Assembly: GCA_019057385.1 (NCBI GenBank)
Contig: JAHQJS010000004.1
Coordinates: forward strand, 192,001-256,000
DNA: 64,000 nucleotides
Direction of reading: 5' to 3'
Source: Candidatus Borrarchaeum weybense
GTDB lineage: Archaea > Asgardarchaeota > Sifarchaeia > Borrarchaeales > Borrarchaeaceae
Each line of letters begins with the position of its first letter. The first letter of the stretch is position 1. This document shows, piece after piece, positions 28,017 through 36,737 of this stretch. Position numbers and translations under genes: made by a program. The notes beneath the pieces were generated by a model, which saw only the letters and a list, made by a program, of their open reading frames with translations, made no database searches and was not told the DNA's origin.

Positions 28017-31000
28017 TTACATAAAAAGGTCAAGTCTTCTTATACCGATAATAGATCCAAAATCTACGTTTAATGCGTCAAGAACCTGTGTGAAGATACT
28101 TTCAACATGTTTTTTGTATTTTTCTGTGTCTATTTCATCAATCGAAGCTATTTCAACAGGTTTTACACCAGGCTCCCCCCTCACCTTCACAAATGAAATA
28201 ATGCTACCAGGCTCGATGTCTCTGTTCAATAATCTTGCAGCCTTTACATGTTGAGGTGTCGTCTTTTGATAACTTTTCAAGTTTCTAGTCATTTGAACAC
28301 GAAATGCGAGTTCCTCTAATGAATATTCGAGATTTTTCAATTTATCTAGACATGTCTTTACTATCGTACGTATTTTGTTTCTAGCTATTTCGAAGTCATC
28401 TTGAACTTTTACTTCCGAAAGCACATTCATCATTTCGAAAAATGCGTCTTGAAGGAATAATGGAGTATGACGCTTTTTTCCCGTCAGTCCTTTAATATCC
28501 ACAGAGCCGCTTTCATATACACCTAGATAGTTCTTTTTTCTCCCTGAAAGAGCAACATATCTGTAAATCTTGTCAATATCTAAATCAATATCAAGAGTGT
28601 GTTTGCACCATTGCGTAAGTTCTTCGATTTGGGACTCTGAAGGATTTTCTAAGAATACAGAGTCAGTATCTCCATAGATAACAGAGATATCCATTTTCTG
28701 AGCCTTTTCGATAGTTTGTGTAATGATAAATCTTCCGAGAGCTGTTGTACTTTCAGCCACCGGCAGGCAATATAAGGGAAAGTGTTCTGCGCCAAAGACG
28801 CCATAGAACGCATTAATAATAAGCTTTAAGGCCTGTTGAATAACATAGTATAGTTCTTGTGTTTCTTTGCCTAACGTTTTGTTTTTTGACTGTGGCTTAA
28901 ACCATTTCAGTCTTATGTCTCTTAGAAATCCAATAATAAGACCTGCAAGGCCTCGTTGTTTTTTACAAACCCAATGGTCTGTATCCGGTATAAGATTTTG
29001 TTTACATTCTGGATGTGTACACCTTACAGTCTCATAACTAAGGTTATGGACTTTTATAATGGAAGGATACAAGCTATTTCCAGTTACAGCTGGCTTGCCA
29101 TTACGTCTGACAATAACAGTACTGTTAGGAACTGCAACACACCATACTTTTCCGAAATAATTCTCTCTTTGTATACGATTATGCTGACCGTTAAACACAT
29201 TTTTTCTTGTATAACTTAAAAGGCAGCGATAACTAACATGATCTTTGTATACGGTGTCAAAAATCTTACAATCTCGTACTTCTTTTCTTATTGCACAACC
29301 ATATCCGAGTCTAAGCGCAAGTTCTTGAAAATCGTTTGCTCTTTCCTTATATGTAGAGGAAAAAGAAAGACATTTTCCTTTATACCAACTTCCGTCTCCT
29401 AAAATCATGGAATCAAATAGAAGTTTTAAATGTTTTTTTTCAAATCCAAGAATTTTTCTTGGAATTCTCTTCTTATAAGAACCATTTTCTTCGATTAATC
29501 CTTTTTCTTTGACCAACCAGTTCTTAAATTCCCTTTTGAATTTAACATTGTGAATTTCGAATACTCTATGGTTTTTTCCACGCCTAGTATATTCATATTC
29601 TTTGAATGGAAAACCAAGATGTGTTAAAGCGGATCTTATGTGGTGAAAGTTTTTCGTTTTTGATTGAGAGATTTGAATACCTTTTGTTATAATAGATCCA
29701 TCAGTTAAGAACCATCCTAAAAAGGGAAGAAATTTCTCTGGCGAAAAAACATTATTTCCTATGATAATATTGTCAGACTTACCGACCCATTTGCCAAAAG
29801 AAGGAATTCTGAACCAACTGCGCTCGCTTAGTTCTTGTGCTTCTGCGAATTCAAGCTTATTTTCCCAAACCGTTTTTTTTCTTTCATTAGTTCTTCTGTT
29901 GAACACCACTCTATGATTTGGTGTAACTAGTAGATCTAAACCACCTTTGATTGAGAAATTATACATCTCTCCTTCGTAATCATACTCAAAAATCCTTTGA
30001 TGTTCTTGAAACTCTATCTCACCTGCAGAAATATTTACAGTTGCAATTTTTGGAGAACGATTAGTGTTCTTTAGTCTAGCTAATGTATGCCAGCCATCGT
30101 CTGTAAGTATTTCAGTATCTTCCGAAAAGCATGCAAAATCCAAGACAACAACGTCAAAATGAACGCCCGGCAAGGGGTCAATAACAATGGCACCTTTGTA
30201 TTTCTTTCCTTTTATTATTGCCTGCGTTGAAGCCTCTCCTCCTTTTGCCTCCTTGATGTCGTTTGGTAATGGGATCAGATAATCATTCTTTCTATGTTCA
30301 TAATAAAACAGATTTTGAATCCAAGAAGATACACTTTGACGCGTAACATCTTCAAGAGACAAATGGGAAATTCTCATCAGTAGCATTATCAATTTCCAGA
30401 CAAGGTTTTCACTATAGCGAGTAAGGTCTAAGGTAATCTTTCCATCTCTAAAGCAATAACTGGCTAAATCTAATAGAGGCAACTTCGAAAGTGGGTGCTC
30501 TACTTTTATTTTTTCGATGTCTAATAACGCTTTGGCTACGGTATTGAGGTCAGTAGTTTTATATTTTGCAGAGAATGCATATATCTGAACAGCTCGGTTG
30601 TTAAAGAACCTGTAAAGATCTACATGGATATTTCTCGACAGAGCAACAAAATCTTTTCTAATGATCAATGGGATGTCAGCTCTTCGAAATCCAAGGTGGT
30701 TAAGAGCCCGATAATACAAATAAGGCATATCGAATTTGTCACCATTATACGTTAAAATAACTGGATATTCGTTGAAGATCTGAAATATTTCTCGAAGAAG
30801 TTCTTTTTCCTTTGAAAAATACTCGATCCTTACATCTTCAAGGTTATCTTTGGCGTCTCCAATTTCCACATCTTTTCTTTCAAGGATTAGTATTCGCTTT
30901 TGCCCATCCGATGCTACAACAGAGACACACCCAACAGGGAAATTTGCTTGTTCAGGTCTTGGAATTGCGTCTGCAAAAGGTGAGATAACTTCAATATCAA

Positions 31001-31676
31001 TAGCCACACGTTTTATATCAGGTATGGGTGATAAAAAGAGAGATACATTCTCTTCCAGCAGTTCTTTCACTTCTTTTGGTTCATCTTCAAATAGTCGCCT
31101 AATTTCTTCTTTAATCTCTGCCGGCACGATTGCTGCGCTATTAAGCTGGTTATCAAAGACTTCATAAGGCAAACCGGGTGTTAACTCTAAATCCGCTATG
31201 TAACATTTGTGATATGGAATATTTGCTTCCCACGCCGTTGGTAGTAACTCTCGAATAGCCCCTGTTCTCCCACCTATTGCAAGTGGGTCTTTAGCAATTA
31301 TTTTTGTCATTTTTATAGACCTATCTTGCAAAAGATCCTTTTTTTCAACCGTTTCCATATCCAAAAATCCTGTATGGTTCGTTATCTTAGAGTTGTTTTT
31401 CAGCTCTTCAATGGAAATATTTGAAAAGCAATAAGGATGATGTTCTGAGTAGTCATGCCAGAAATAAATTGACTGATTTCTTGGATCATAAAATCGTGCC
31501 GCCGCACAACTAGTCTTTCCATCATATTCAACTGAAAGCAAAAAATCTGTCTTTTTAGTTGTTAGTTCTTTAGCCTCTAATTCAGTTATTTTCTCTTCTT
31601 TTGAGGATTTTTCTTTCTTTTTTTGTGGTTCATAAGATTCAAAAAACTGATCAAGTGTAGTTTCTGAGAAATCCAT
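28017..31676 (-). CDS. polB: Family B DNA polymerase (B1-type) containing an intein
   Basis: ExoI DIEV, ExoII YNGDKFD, ExoIII YCFRD, motif A DFA|SLYPS split by the intein, KLIINAFYG, YGDTDS, KKNY. Confidence 0.96.
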   Translation of the reverse strand: MDFSETTLDQFFESYEPQKKKEKSSKEEKITELEAKELTTKKTDFLLSVEYDGKTSCAAARFYDPRNQSIYFWHDYSEHHPYCFSNISIEELKNNSKITNHTGFLDMETVEKKDLLQDRSIKMTKIIAKDPLAIGGRTGAIRELLPTAWEANIPYHKCYIADLELTPGLPYEVFDNQLNSAAIVPAEIKEEIRRLFEDEPKEVKELLEENVSLFLSPIPDIKRVAIDIEVISPFADAIPRPEQANFPVGCVSVVASDGQKRILILERKDVEIGDAKDNLEDVRIEYFSKEKELLREIFQIFNEYPVILTYNGDKFDMPYLYYRALNHLGFRRADIPLIIRKDFVALSRNIHVDLYRFFNNRAVQIYAFSAKYKTTDLNTVAKALLDIEKIKVEHPLSKLPLLDLASYCFRDGKITLDLTRYSENLVWKLIMLLMRISHLSLEDVTRQSVSSWIQNLFYYEHRKNDYLIPLPNDIKEAKGGEASTQAIIKGKKYKGAIVIDPLPGVHFDVVVLDFACFSEDTEILTDDGWHTLARLKNTNRSPKIATVNISAGEIEFQEHQRIFEYDYEGEMYNFSIKGGLDLLVTPNHRVVFNRRTNERKKTVWENKLEFAEAQELSERSWFRIPSFGKWVGKSDNIIIGNNVFSPEKFLPFLGWFLTDGSIITKGIQISQSKTKNFHHIRSALTHLGFPFKEYEYTRRGKNHRVFEIHNVKFKREFKNWLVKEKGLIEENGSYKKRIPRKILGFEKKHLKLLFDSMILGDGSWYKGKCLSFSSTYKERANDFQELALRLGYGCAIRKEVRDCKIFDTVYKDHVSYRCLLSYTRKNVFNGQHNRIQRENYFGKVWCVAVPNSTVIVRRNGKPAVTGNSLYPSIIKVHNLSYETVRCTHPECKQNLIPDTDHWVCKKQRGLAGLIIGFLRDIRLKWFKPQSKNKTLGKETQELYYVIQQALKLIINAFYGVFGAEHFPLYCLPVAESTTALGRFIITQTIEKAQKMDISVIYGDTDSVFLENPSESQIEELTQWCKHTLDIDLDIDKIYRYVALSGRKKNYLGVYESGSVDIKGLTGKKRHTPLFLQDAFFEMMNVLSEVKVQDDFEIARNKIRTIVKTCLDKLKNLEYSLEELAFRVQMTRNLKSYQKTTPQHVKAARLLNRDIEPGSIISFVKVRGEPGVKPVEIASIDEIDTEKYKKHVESIFTQVLDALNVDFGSIIGIRRLDLFM
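29076..30131 (-). mobile_element. Intein (352 aa) with LAGLIDADG homing endonuclease, inserted in PolB motif A
   Basis: Starts CFSEDTEILT; block B VTPNHR; LAGLIDADG-like FLGWFLTDG and DSMILGDG; ends RRNGKPAVTGN followed by extein Ser. Confidence 0.95.
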
Positions 31677-31710
31677 GTATTTCTCCTCAAAGTTATTTCT
31701 AATTCTGAAA

Positions 31711-32868
31711 TCAACTATCTTTATTTGAAGCGTTCCTTAATATTTTTTCAATTCTATCAATAACGTTTTGCCAACGATATTTCTCTACATTTTCTAAACT
31801 TTTTTCCACGAATTTATTGTACGTTTGTTTATCGTCAATAAGTCGCAAGATCTCATTCTTTAACGAAACCTCATTATTTGGTTCAAATACGACTCCTCCC
31901 AGACCAATCGTTTCAGCAATTGCCGTACAATCTGAGCCAATAACAGGTGACCCACATGCTTGAGCTTCTAAAATCGGTAACCCAAACCCTTCGTAGAGAC
32001 TTGGTATGACAAAAATGTCACTTGCAGCATAATAACTTGGTAATTCCTCCTCAGAAACGCGACCTGAAAATATTACTCTATCTGTTATATTCAGTCTTTT
32101 TGTAATCTTCACAAGGCTTTTTCTTTCCCTTCCGCTCCCCACAATTATTATTTTAATTCTTACATCCTTTCGATCGTTTTTAATTAATTTTACTGCCTTT
32201 AAAAGGCAATGCAATCCTTTATGAGCCTCAAGACGACCCACATAGAGTATTACGGTAGCATCTCCTATATTAAGGAGATCTCTAATATGTTTCCCAGATA
32301 TATTAGGATTAAATCTATTTAAATCGACTCCATGAGGTACAACTTCACTATTTATACGATAACGCTGCTTAACTTCATCCCTAATATATGAACTATGCGT
32401 TACAATTCGATTAAATTGTACAAATGACAGCCAAAATTTGAATATTGCATCATATTTTATAAGTGAAAGTTTGTCTAAACCTCTTTTATAAACAGAAAAT
32501 GTAAGACCATGATGATCAAATACACAAGGTTTATTATAAAGGCGTTTAATTAAAAAAACCAATAAAAAATCAATAAACGAGTGTGTTTCTACACAGAACA
32601 CATCATACTGACCTAGAAAACGCAATGCTTTTTTAAGATAAGGAGTCAAAGAGATTTCATGAAGAAGAGGTACTTTTGAAAGAATTCGTGGAAAAGAAAA
32701 CACTTTATAATCAGATAGAGTTCTGAGCGCCTGAGAATCATACCATGGTCCCGTAACAAATACAGTTACATTATGACCCATTTTCTCTAAACCCAGTACA
32801 ATTTTCCTGACATAATCGCCTCTACTATCTGGTGATTTGAAATAGTGCATCAAGAAAGCAATTTTCAT
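31711..32868 (-). CDS. GT4 glycosyltransferase
   Basis: HGVD..RF, VGRLEAHKG, PSLYEGFGLPILEAQACG. Confidence 0.93.
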   Translation of the reverse strand: MKIAFLMHYFKSPDSRGDYVRKIVLGLEKMGHNVTVFVTGPWYDSQALRTLSDYKVFSFPRILSKVPLLHEISLTPYLKKALRFLGQYDVFCVETHSFIDFLLVFLIKRLYNKPCVFDHHGLTFSVYKRGLDKLSLIKYDAIFKFWLSFVQFNRIVTHSSYIRDEVKQRYRINSEVVPHGVDLNRFNPNISGKHIRDLLNIGDATVILYVGRLEAHKGLHCLLKAVKLIKNDRKDVRIKIIIVGSGRERKSLVKITKRLNITDRVIFSGRVSEEELPSYYAASDIFVIPSLYEGFGLPILEAQACGSPVIGSDCTAIAETIGLGGVVFEPNNEVSLKNEILRLIDDKQTYNKFVEKSLENVEKYRWQNVIDRIEKILRNASNKDS

Positions 32869-32953
32869 TGAAAAGTCCGCTCTCCCGTTTTTAAGTATTT
32901 ATAAAACGTAAGATAGATTTTACAAACTGTATTACTCAATTATTCTTCTAAAG

Positions 32954-34324
32954 TCAATTGTTTTTTATGAGGTTATAGATAAGAATATCAGGTCCATTCT
33001 GAGCTAGATCTCTTATTTTTCCAGGCAGAGCATATTCTTGGATCCCTGCCAAAGGTGATGTGAGGACACCAATAATTTGCGTGAATATACTAAATCCGAG
33101 TAATATGTAAAAGAAAACCCAAAAATACCTATTGGATGAAAACTTTTCTAGAGTTTTTCCTAACGGCAATACAAAACATGGAAGAATATCTGTTAAGAAT
33201 CGAGGACCAAAAGACAGTCCACCATGCCACCATGTATATGTTGAATAGAATAAAAGAATGGCAAAGAATGAAAGGATAAACAACGTTGCCTCTTCTTTAT
33301 TTGATTTAAAGAAATAGAAAAATCCAGGAATTGACAAAATCAAAATTGGCGAATAGATAAATAAACCTCTTCCAGGGCTGAATAGAAGCCCATATAAGCC
33401 AAAGAAAGGGTTTGTCGAAAATACTGAAGAAATCGAAGTATAATCATAAAGAAGATCGTAATAATATCCCATAATAAATGGATTATCAAAACATAGAAAG
33501 TTATAGAAAAGGAGTAATGAAAGGGCAGGAACTGTTCCGATAATAAAAAGAATGAAGGTTTTCACTATTTGTGATTTTAATACAAAATAAATCAAGATAG
33601 GTATACTTATGAGAATATTTGAGAACCTTACAGTAACTGCTATCCCCATAATAATGCCTGCGAAAAAATGTCCATTGGTTTTCTCATATTTTGTATTTAA
33701 TATAACCAGATATACCACAAAGAAATTCAAGAACATAGATAATGATTGGGCATAGAAAGTCTTAGCATATATCCATGAGGTCGTGCCGAAAGCTAGTGTT
33801 ATTGATGTAAAAAGAGCGGAATTATCATTAAATTCCAGTTCAGTTAATAGATTATGAAACAGTACAATGGTTAAAGCAGCGGAGATTGAACTAAGCATCG
33901 CCATTGGAACGTATGTAACTGAAATGTAAGATAAATTTATTCCTAGGGAATTTAATAGTATCCAGATTCCTTTTCCGATTAAAAAGAAGGGAATGGCGAT
34001 AAAAGATTGGCCTGGTGGTAATGTGGAGTAATAATGTCCATTATAATAACCAATGCCCATTCTTGATTCTAATTTCCAAGGTGTGTATATTTCCAGTGCT
34101 TGATCGACATACAAATTCTGGAAATCGGTGATTGATACTGTTAATAACCAATAGCTAGATTCATCAGGAGAATAATAATGTGCGATTGAAACTGAGTATA
34201 TTATAAAAGTAAGAAGAAATAACTTAAATCTAGTTTTGTCATTCCAAATTAAATTTATAATGAAATCTGCGATATCTTTAAATTTATTGCGAATTGAGAA
34301 GATTCTCACTCTTGATAGCACCAT
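32954..34324 (-). CDS. GT-C membrane glycosyltransferase; paralog of 11058..12434 (start reassigned to 34324)
   Basis: SPDESSY, YSTLPPG, GTTSWIYAKTFY, GLLFSPGRGLFIYSP, WHGGLSFGPRF; the downstream ATG avoids overlap with the divergent gene. Confidence 0.8.
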   Translation of the reverse strand: MVLSRVRIFSIRNKFKDIADFIINLIWNDKTRFKLFLLTFIIYSVSIAHYYSPDESSYWLLTVSITDFQNLYVDQALEIYTPWKLESRMGIGYYNGHYYSTLPPGQSFIAIPFFLIGKGIWILLNSLGINLSYISVTYVPMAMLSSISAALTIVLFHNLLTELEFNDNSALFTSITLAFGTTSWIYAKTFYAQSLSMFLNFFVVYLVILNTKYEKTNGHFFAGIIMGIAVTVRFSNILISIPILIYFVLKSQIVKTFILFIIGTVPALSLLLFYNFLCFDNPFIMGYYYDLLYDYTSISSVFSTNPFFGLYGLLFSPGRGLFIYSPILILSIPGFFYFFKSNKEEATLFILSFFAILLFYSTYTWWHGGLSFGPRFLTDILPCFVLPLGKTLEKFSSNRYFWVFFYILLGFSIFTQIIGVLTSPLAGIQEYALPGKIRDLAQNGPDILIYNLIKNN

Positions 34325-34373
34325 AACTTTCTTATAGCCTTGTTCTTTCCATCTTGGGCAACGAGGTTGTGTA

Positions 34374-36176
34374 ATGTCTAAAATCTGGCGGTCTAACACT
34401 TTTATTTTATTAGTGCTTTTTTGCGTTTCTGTTCTTATTAGGGTTATTCCCATGCAAAAATGGGTTTATGGATTAGATGAAGCTATGCATCTAATTGCAC
34501 CCTCTTTTCTTGCAGGATCTAAAGACCCAGGTACCAAACCAGGCTACGCTTTTATATTGATCATTATTTTTATAATTCTAAATAGTCAGCATCCATTTTT
34601 TGCGCGGTTGTTGACAGTTATCTTTACAAGTTTAATACCTTTTGTTGGTTTTTCTTTTGGCAAAAAACTTGGAGGAGAAAAGACTGGTTTGATTACTGCA
34701 ATTTTCTTAACGTTTCATCATAGGCTTTTTGATCTTTCCTACTGGATTATGACAGATGTTCCATTCACATTTCTCTCATTTCTTAGTACTTATTTCGTCG
34801 TCTGTAATGTTCAAAAGTCTGAGAAATCTGAAACAAATATACATCTCACATTAATTACAGGCATACTTTGTGGGCTCTCATATTTATTTCGACAAATAGG
34901 GATTTATCTTGTCCTCATGGTTATTCTACTGTATTTTGTAACAAAGGGCAACTTGGCAGTCAAGTTTAAGGGTTTTATTGGATTTTTTATGGGAGTAACA
35001 ATCATGTTATTTCCATGGTTTCTTTGGAGTTATATTCAATTTGGTGTTTTAGACCCTGCTACTTCTGTTATTAATATTTCTTCTTTTCCCGTTATCCATG
35101 TCAATTTATTGACCTATATTTTGCTTTTCCTTGTCCTAACCGCTTCTAGTGTAATAATATGTTTGATAATTCATTATAGAAACAAATATTTTGGAATAAA
35201 AAAACAGCTTGGTATTTTTGTTGCATGTAGCATTTCTGCCTTCTATGTTTTTGCATTAATTTATTTTGTATATTTTAAAACAAAAGGTGTCTTTAAACTT
35301 CTACTTTATTATTTCGTACAAATACCTGGGTTGGTATTAGGATTCGATCTAATTAATCAGTATCAGGTAACTCCTTATGCTATCATCATTTCAATCATTA
35401 TCTTCCAAATTTTATTAGTTGGACTTGTGATCGGCTATCGAATGAACAGGCTATTTACGAGGGTTACCCTACTCTCCATTATTATATTGCTTATATTTTT
35501 GGTGAACATTATTTATTATAAATCACGCTATTTTTATCCAATTATTCCTTTGCTAACACCCTTTTTGTGGATTGGGTTGTTTAAAATCAGGGATTCTTCA
35601 ATTTCCGTTTTACGAAAATTTTACTATCGGTATCCTAACTATTTTAGAAAGGGTTTCTTACTCTCATTTCATAGATCATGCAGTCTTATCATAAGCATTA
35701 TGTTTATCACTGTAATTCTATTTCCGAATATTGTAGCAGACGGCTTAGCAAATAATGATTATTTATCAACTGATGACATGGTTGTTACATCTCCATTATG
35801 GAGAGAATATATCGAGGCTGCTCTTTGGTTTAAAGAAACTAGTGATCCGCAAGCTAAAGTGATGGCATTTAAAAACTTTGATTTTGAGTATTATTCGCAA
35901 CGAAAGTGTATCGCACCGTCTCAACGAATATATAATGAATACTTTCGAAACAATAAACAAGCATATGTCACGGAATTAATGACTTATATGAAGGCAAACA
36001 ACATAACCCATATCGTTTTTGGGCCTTTTGGATATTCAGATAATATCCTATTTTGGCTTTCTGATCCAGATACAGCACCTTCTTATGTAGAAGTAATTTA
36101 CTTAAGAAATTCGCCTAAAGTAATCATATATTTGATTCAATGGTCCAAATTTACGCCAGCATCTCCTTTTGATTAA
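34374..36176 (+). CDS. GT-C membrane glycosyltransferase (PMT_2-like)
   Basis: GLDEA.H, PGY, IMTDVPF, YLFRQ.G, SRYFYP; many TM segments and a C-terminal soluble domain. Confidence 0.8.
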   Translation: MSKIWRSNTFILLVLFCVSVLIRVIPMQKWVYGLDEAMHLIAPSFLAGSKDPGTKPGYAFILIIIFIILNSQHPFFARLLTVIFTSLIPFVGFSFGKKLGGEKTGLITAIFLTFHHRLFDLSYWIMTDVPFTFLSFLSTYFVVCNVQKSEKSETNIHLTLITGILCGLSYLFRQIGIYLVLMVILLYFVTKGNLAVKFKGFIGFFMGVTIMLFPWFLWSYIQFGVLDPATSVINISSFPVIHVNLLTYILLFLVLTASSVIICLIIHYRNKYFGIKKQLGIFVACSISAFYVFALIYFVYFKTKGVFKLLLYYFVQIPGLVLGFDLINQYQVTPYAIIISIIIFQILLVGLVIGYRMNRLFTRVTLLSIIILLIFLVNIIYYKSRYFYPIIPLLTPFLWIGLFKIRDSSISVLRKFYYRYPNYFRKGFLLSFHRSCSLIISIMFITVILFPNIVADGLANNDYLSTDDMVVTSPLWREYIEAALWFKETSDPQAKVMAFKNFDFEYYSQRKCIAPSQRIYNEYFRNNKQAYVTELMTYMKANNITHIVFGPFGYSDNILFWLSDPDTAPSYVEVIYLRNSPKVIIYLIQWSKFTPASPFD

Positions 36177-36235
36177 CTGGCGATTCTTTGAGAAACAATG
36201 TGCTTTTTCGGCCAGATATTTGAATTTGTGTTAAA

Positions 36236-36470
36236 GATTTTACAAAGTTAGATTAGTGAACTACCATCCAACAAGTGGAATGGCTTCCTGCTTCACAGAC
36301 GACCTGCGGCGTCTCTAACCATACCGTTACCTGGTATCGGCTTAACACAGGCTTTAAATCGGGTAGTCCCTGCCCTAATGTGTCCCCTTCCAGACCCACT
36401 GGGCTTTACGGCATACAGGGTTCAGAAGGGTACTCGCATGCCGACCTCTTGCCTGCAGGTAGACACATGT
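36236..36470 (-). ncRNA. Putative TnpB omegaRNA-like RNA (scaffold plus ~20-nt flank-derived guide); ends approximate
   Basis: GC-rich multi-hairpin tract ending at the IS right end, downstream of TATA-like TTTAAATA (36496..36489). Confidence 0.5.
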
Positions 36471-36579
36471 CATATGTGTGCGAAAACCTATTTAAAATTT
36501 AGAGTGACATGGGTGAAAGTGAAAATAGTAATGCACTTCATCCCCCCAACACGATGAGGGGTCTTCTTGCGAAGAAATG
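36256..36579 (-). mobile_element. Non-autonomous IS200/IS605-family element (324 bp) with left end, right end and tnpB 3'-end/omegaRNA-like segment
   Basis: Minus strand: target TTTAT | CATTTCTTCGCAAG-AAGA-CCCCTCA..TGGGGGG-ATGAA (left-end hairpin) ... GGGCAGGGACTACCCGATTTAAAGCCTGTG (GQGLPDLKPV, TnpB C-terminus-like) ... GAAG-CCATTCCA..TGGATGG-TAG-TTCAC (right end). Confidence 0.85.
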
Positions 36580-36737
36580 ATAAAATAACTTGAGAAAAAA
36601 TGGACGAACTCACATTGAGTAATGAAGATGACATTATGAAAATCGGATAAGATTATGAGTAATCTAGTTAACTTTGATAACAATAAAATTATCTTTACAG
36701 AAACGTGAATAAAATTTAGATTGGAGTTCAGCAATCT

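Noticed and set aside
34325-34453. Apparent head-to-head overlap of two GT-C genes
   Set aside because: It disappears when the minus-strand gene starts at ATG 34324; the extension has no counterpart in paralog 11058..12434.
36256-36480. GC-rich structured tract as tRNA, SRP RNA, RNase P RNA or riboswitch
   Set aside because: No cloverleaf, SRP helix-8 or RNase P consensus recognised, whereas the IS ends fit precisely. A ribozyme in the 5' part could not be confirmed by eye.
36275-36734. ORFs 36275..36502 (+) and 36492..36734 (-)
   Set aside because: They overlap the IS200/IS605 mini-element hairpins and show no protein motifs; better explained as non-coding.
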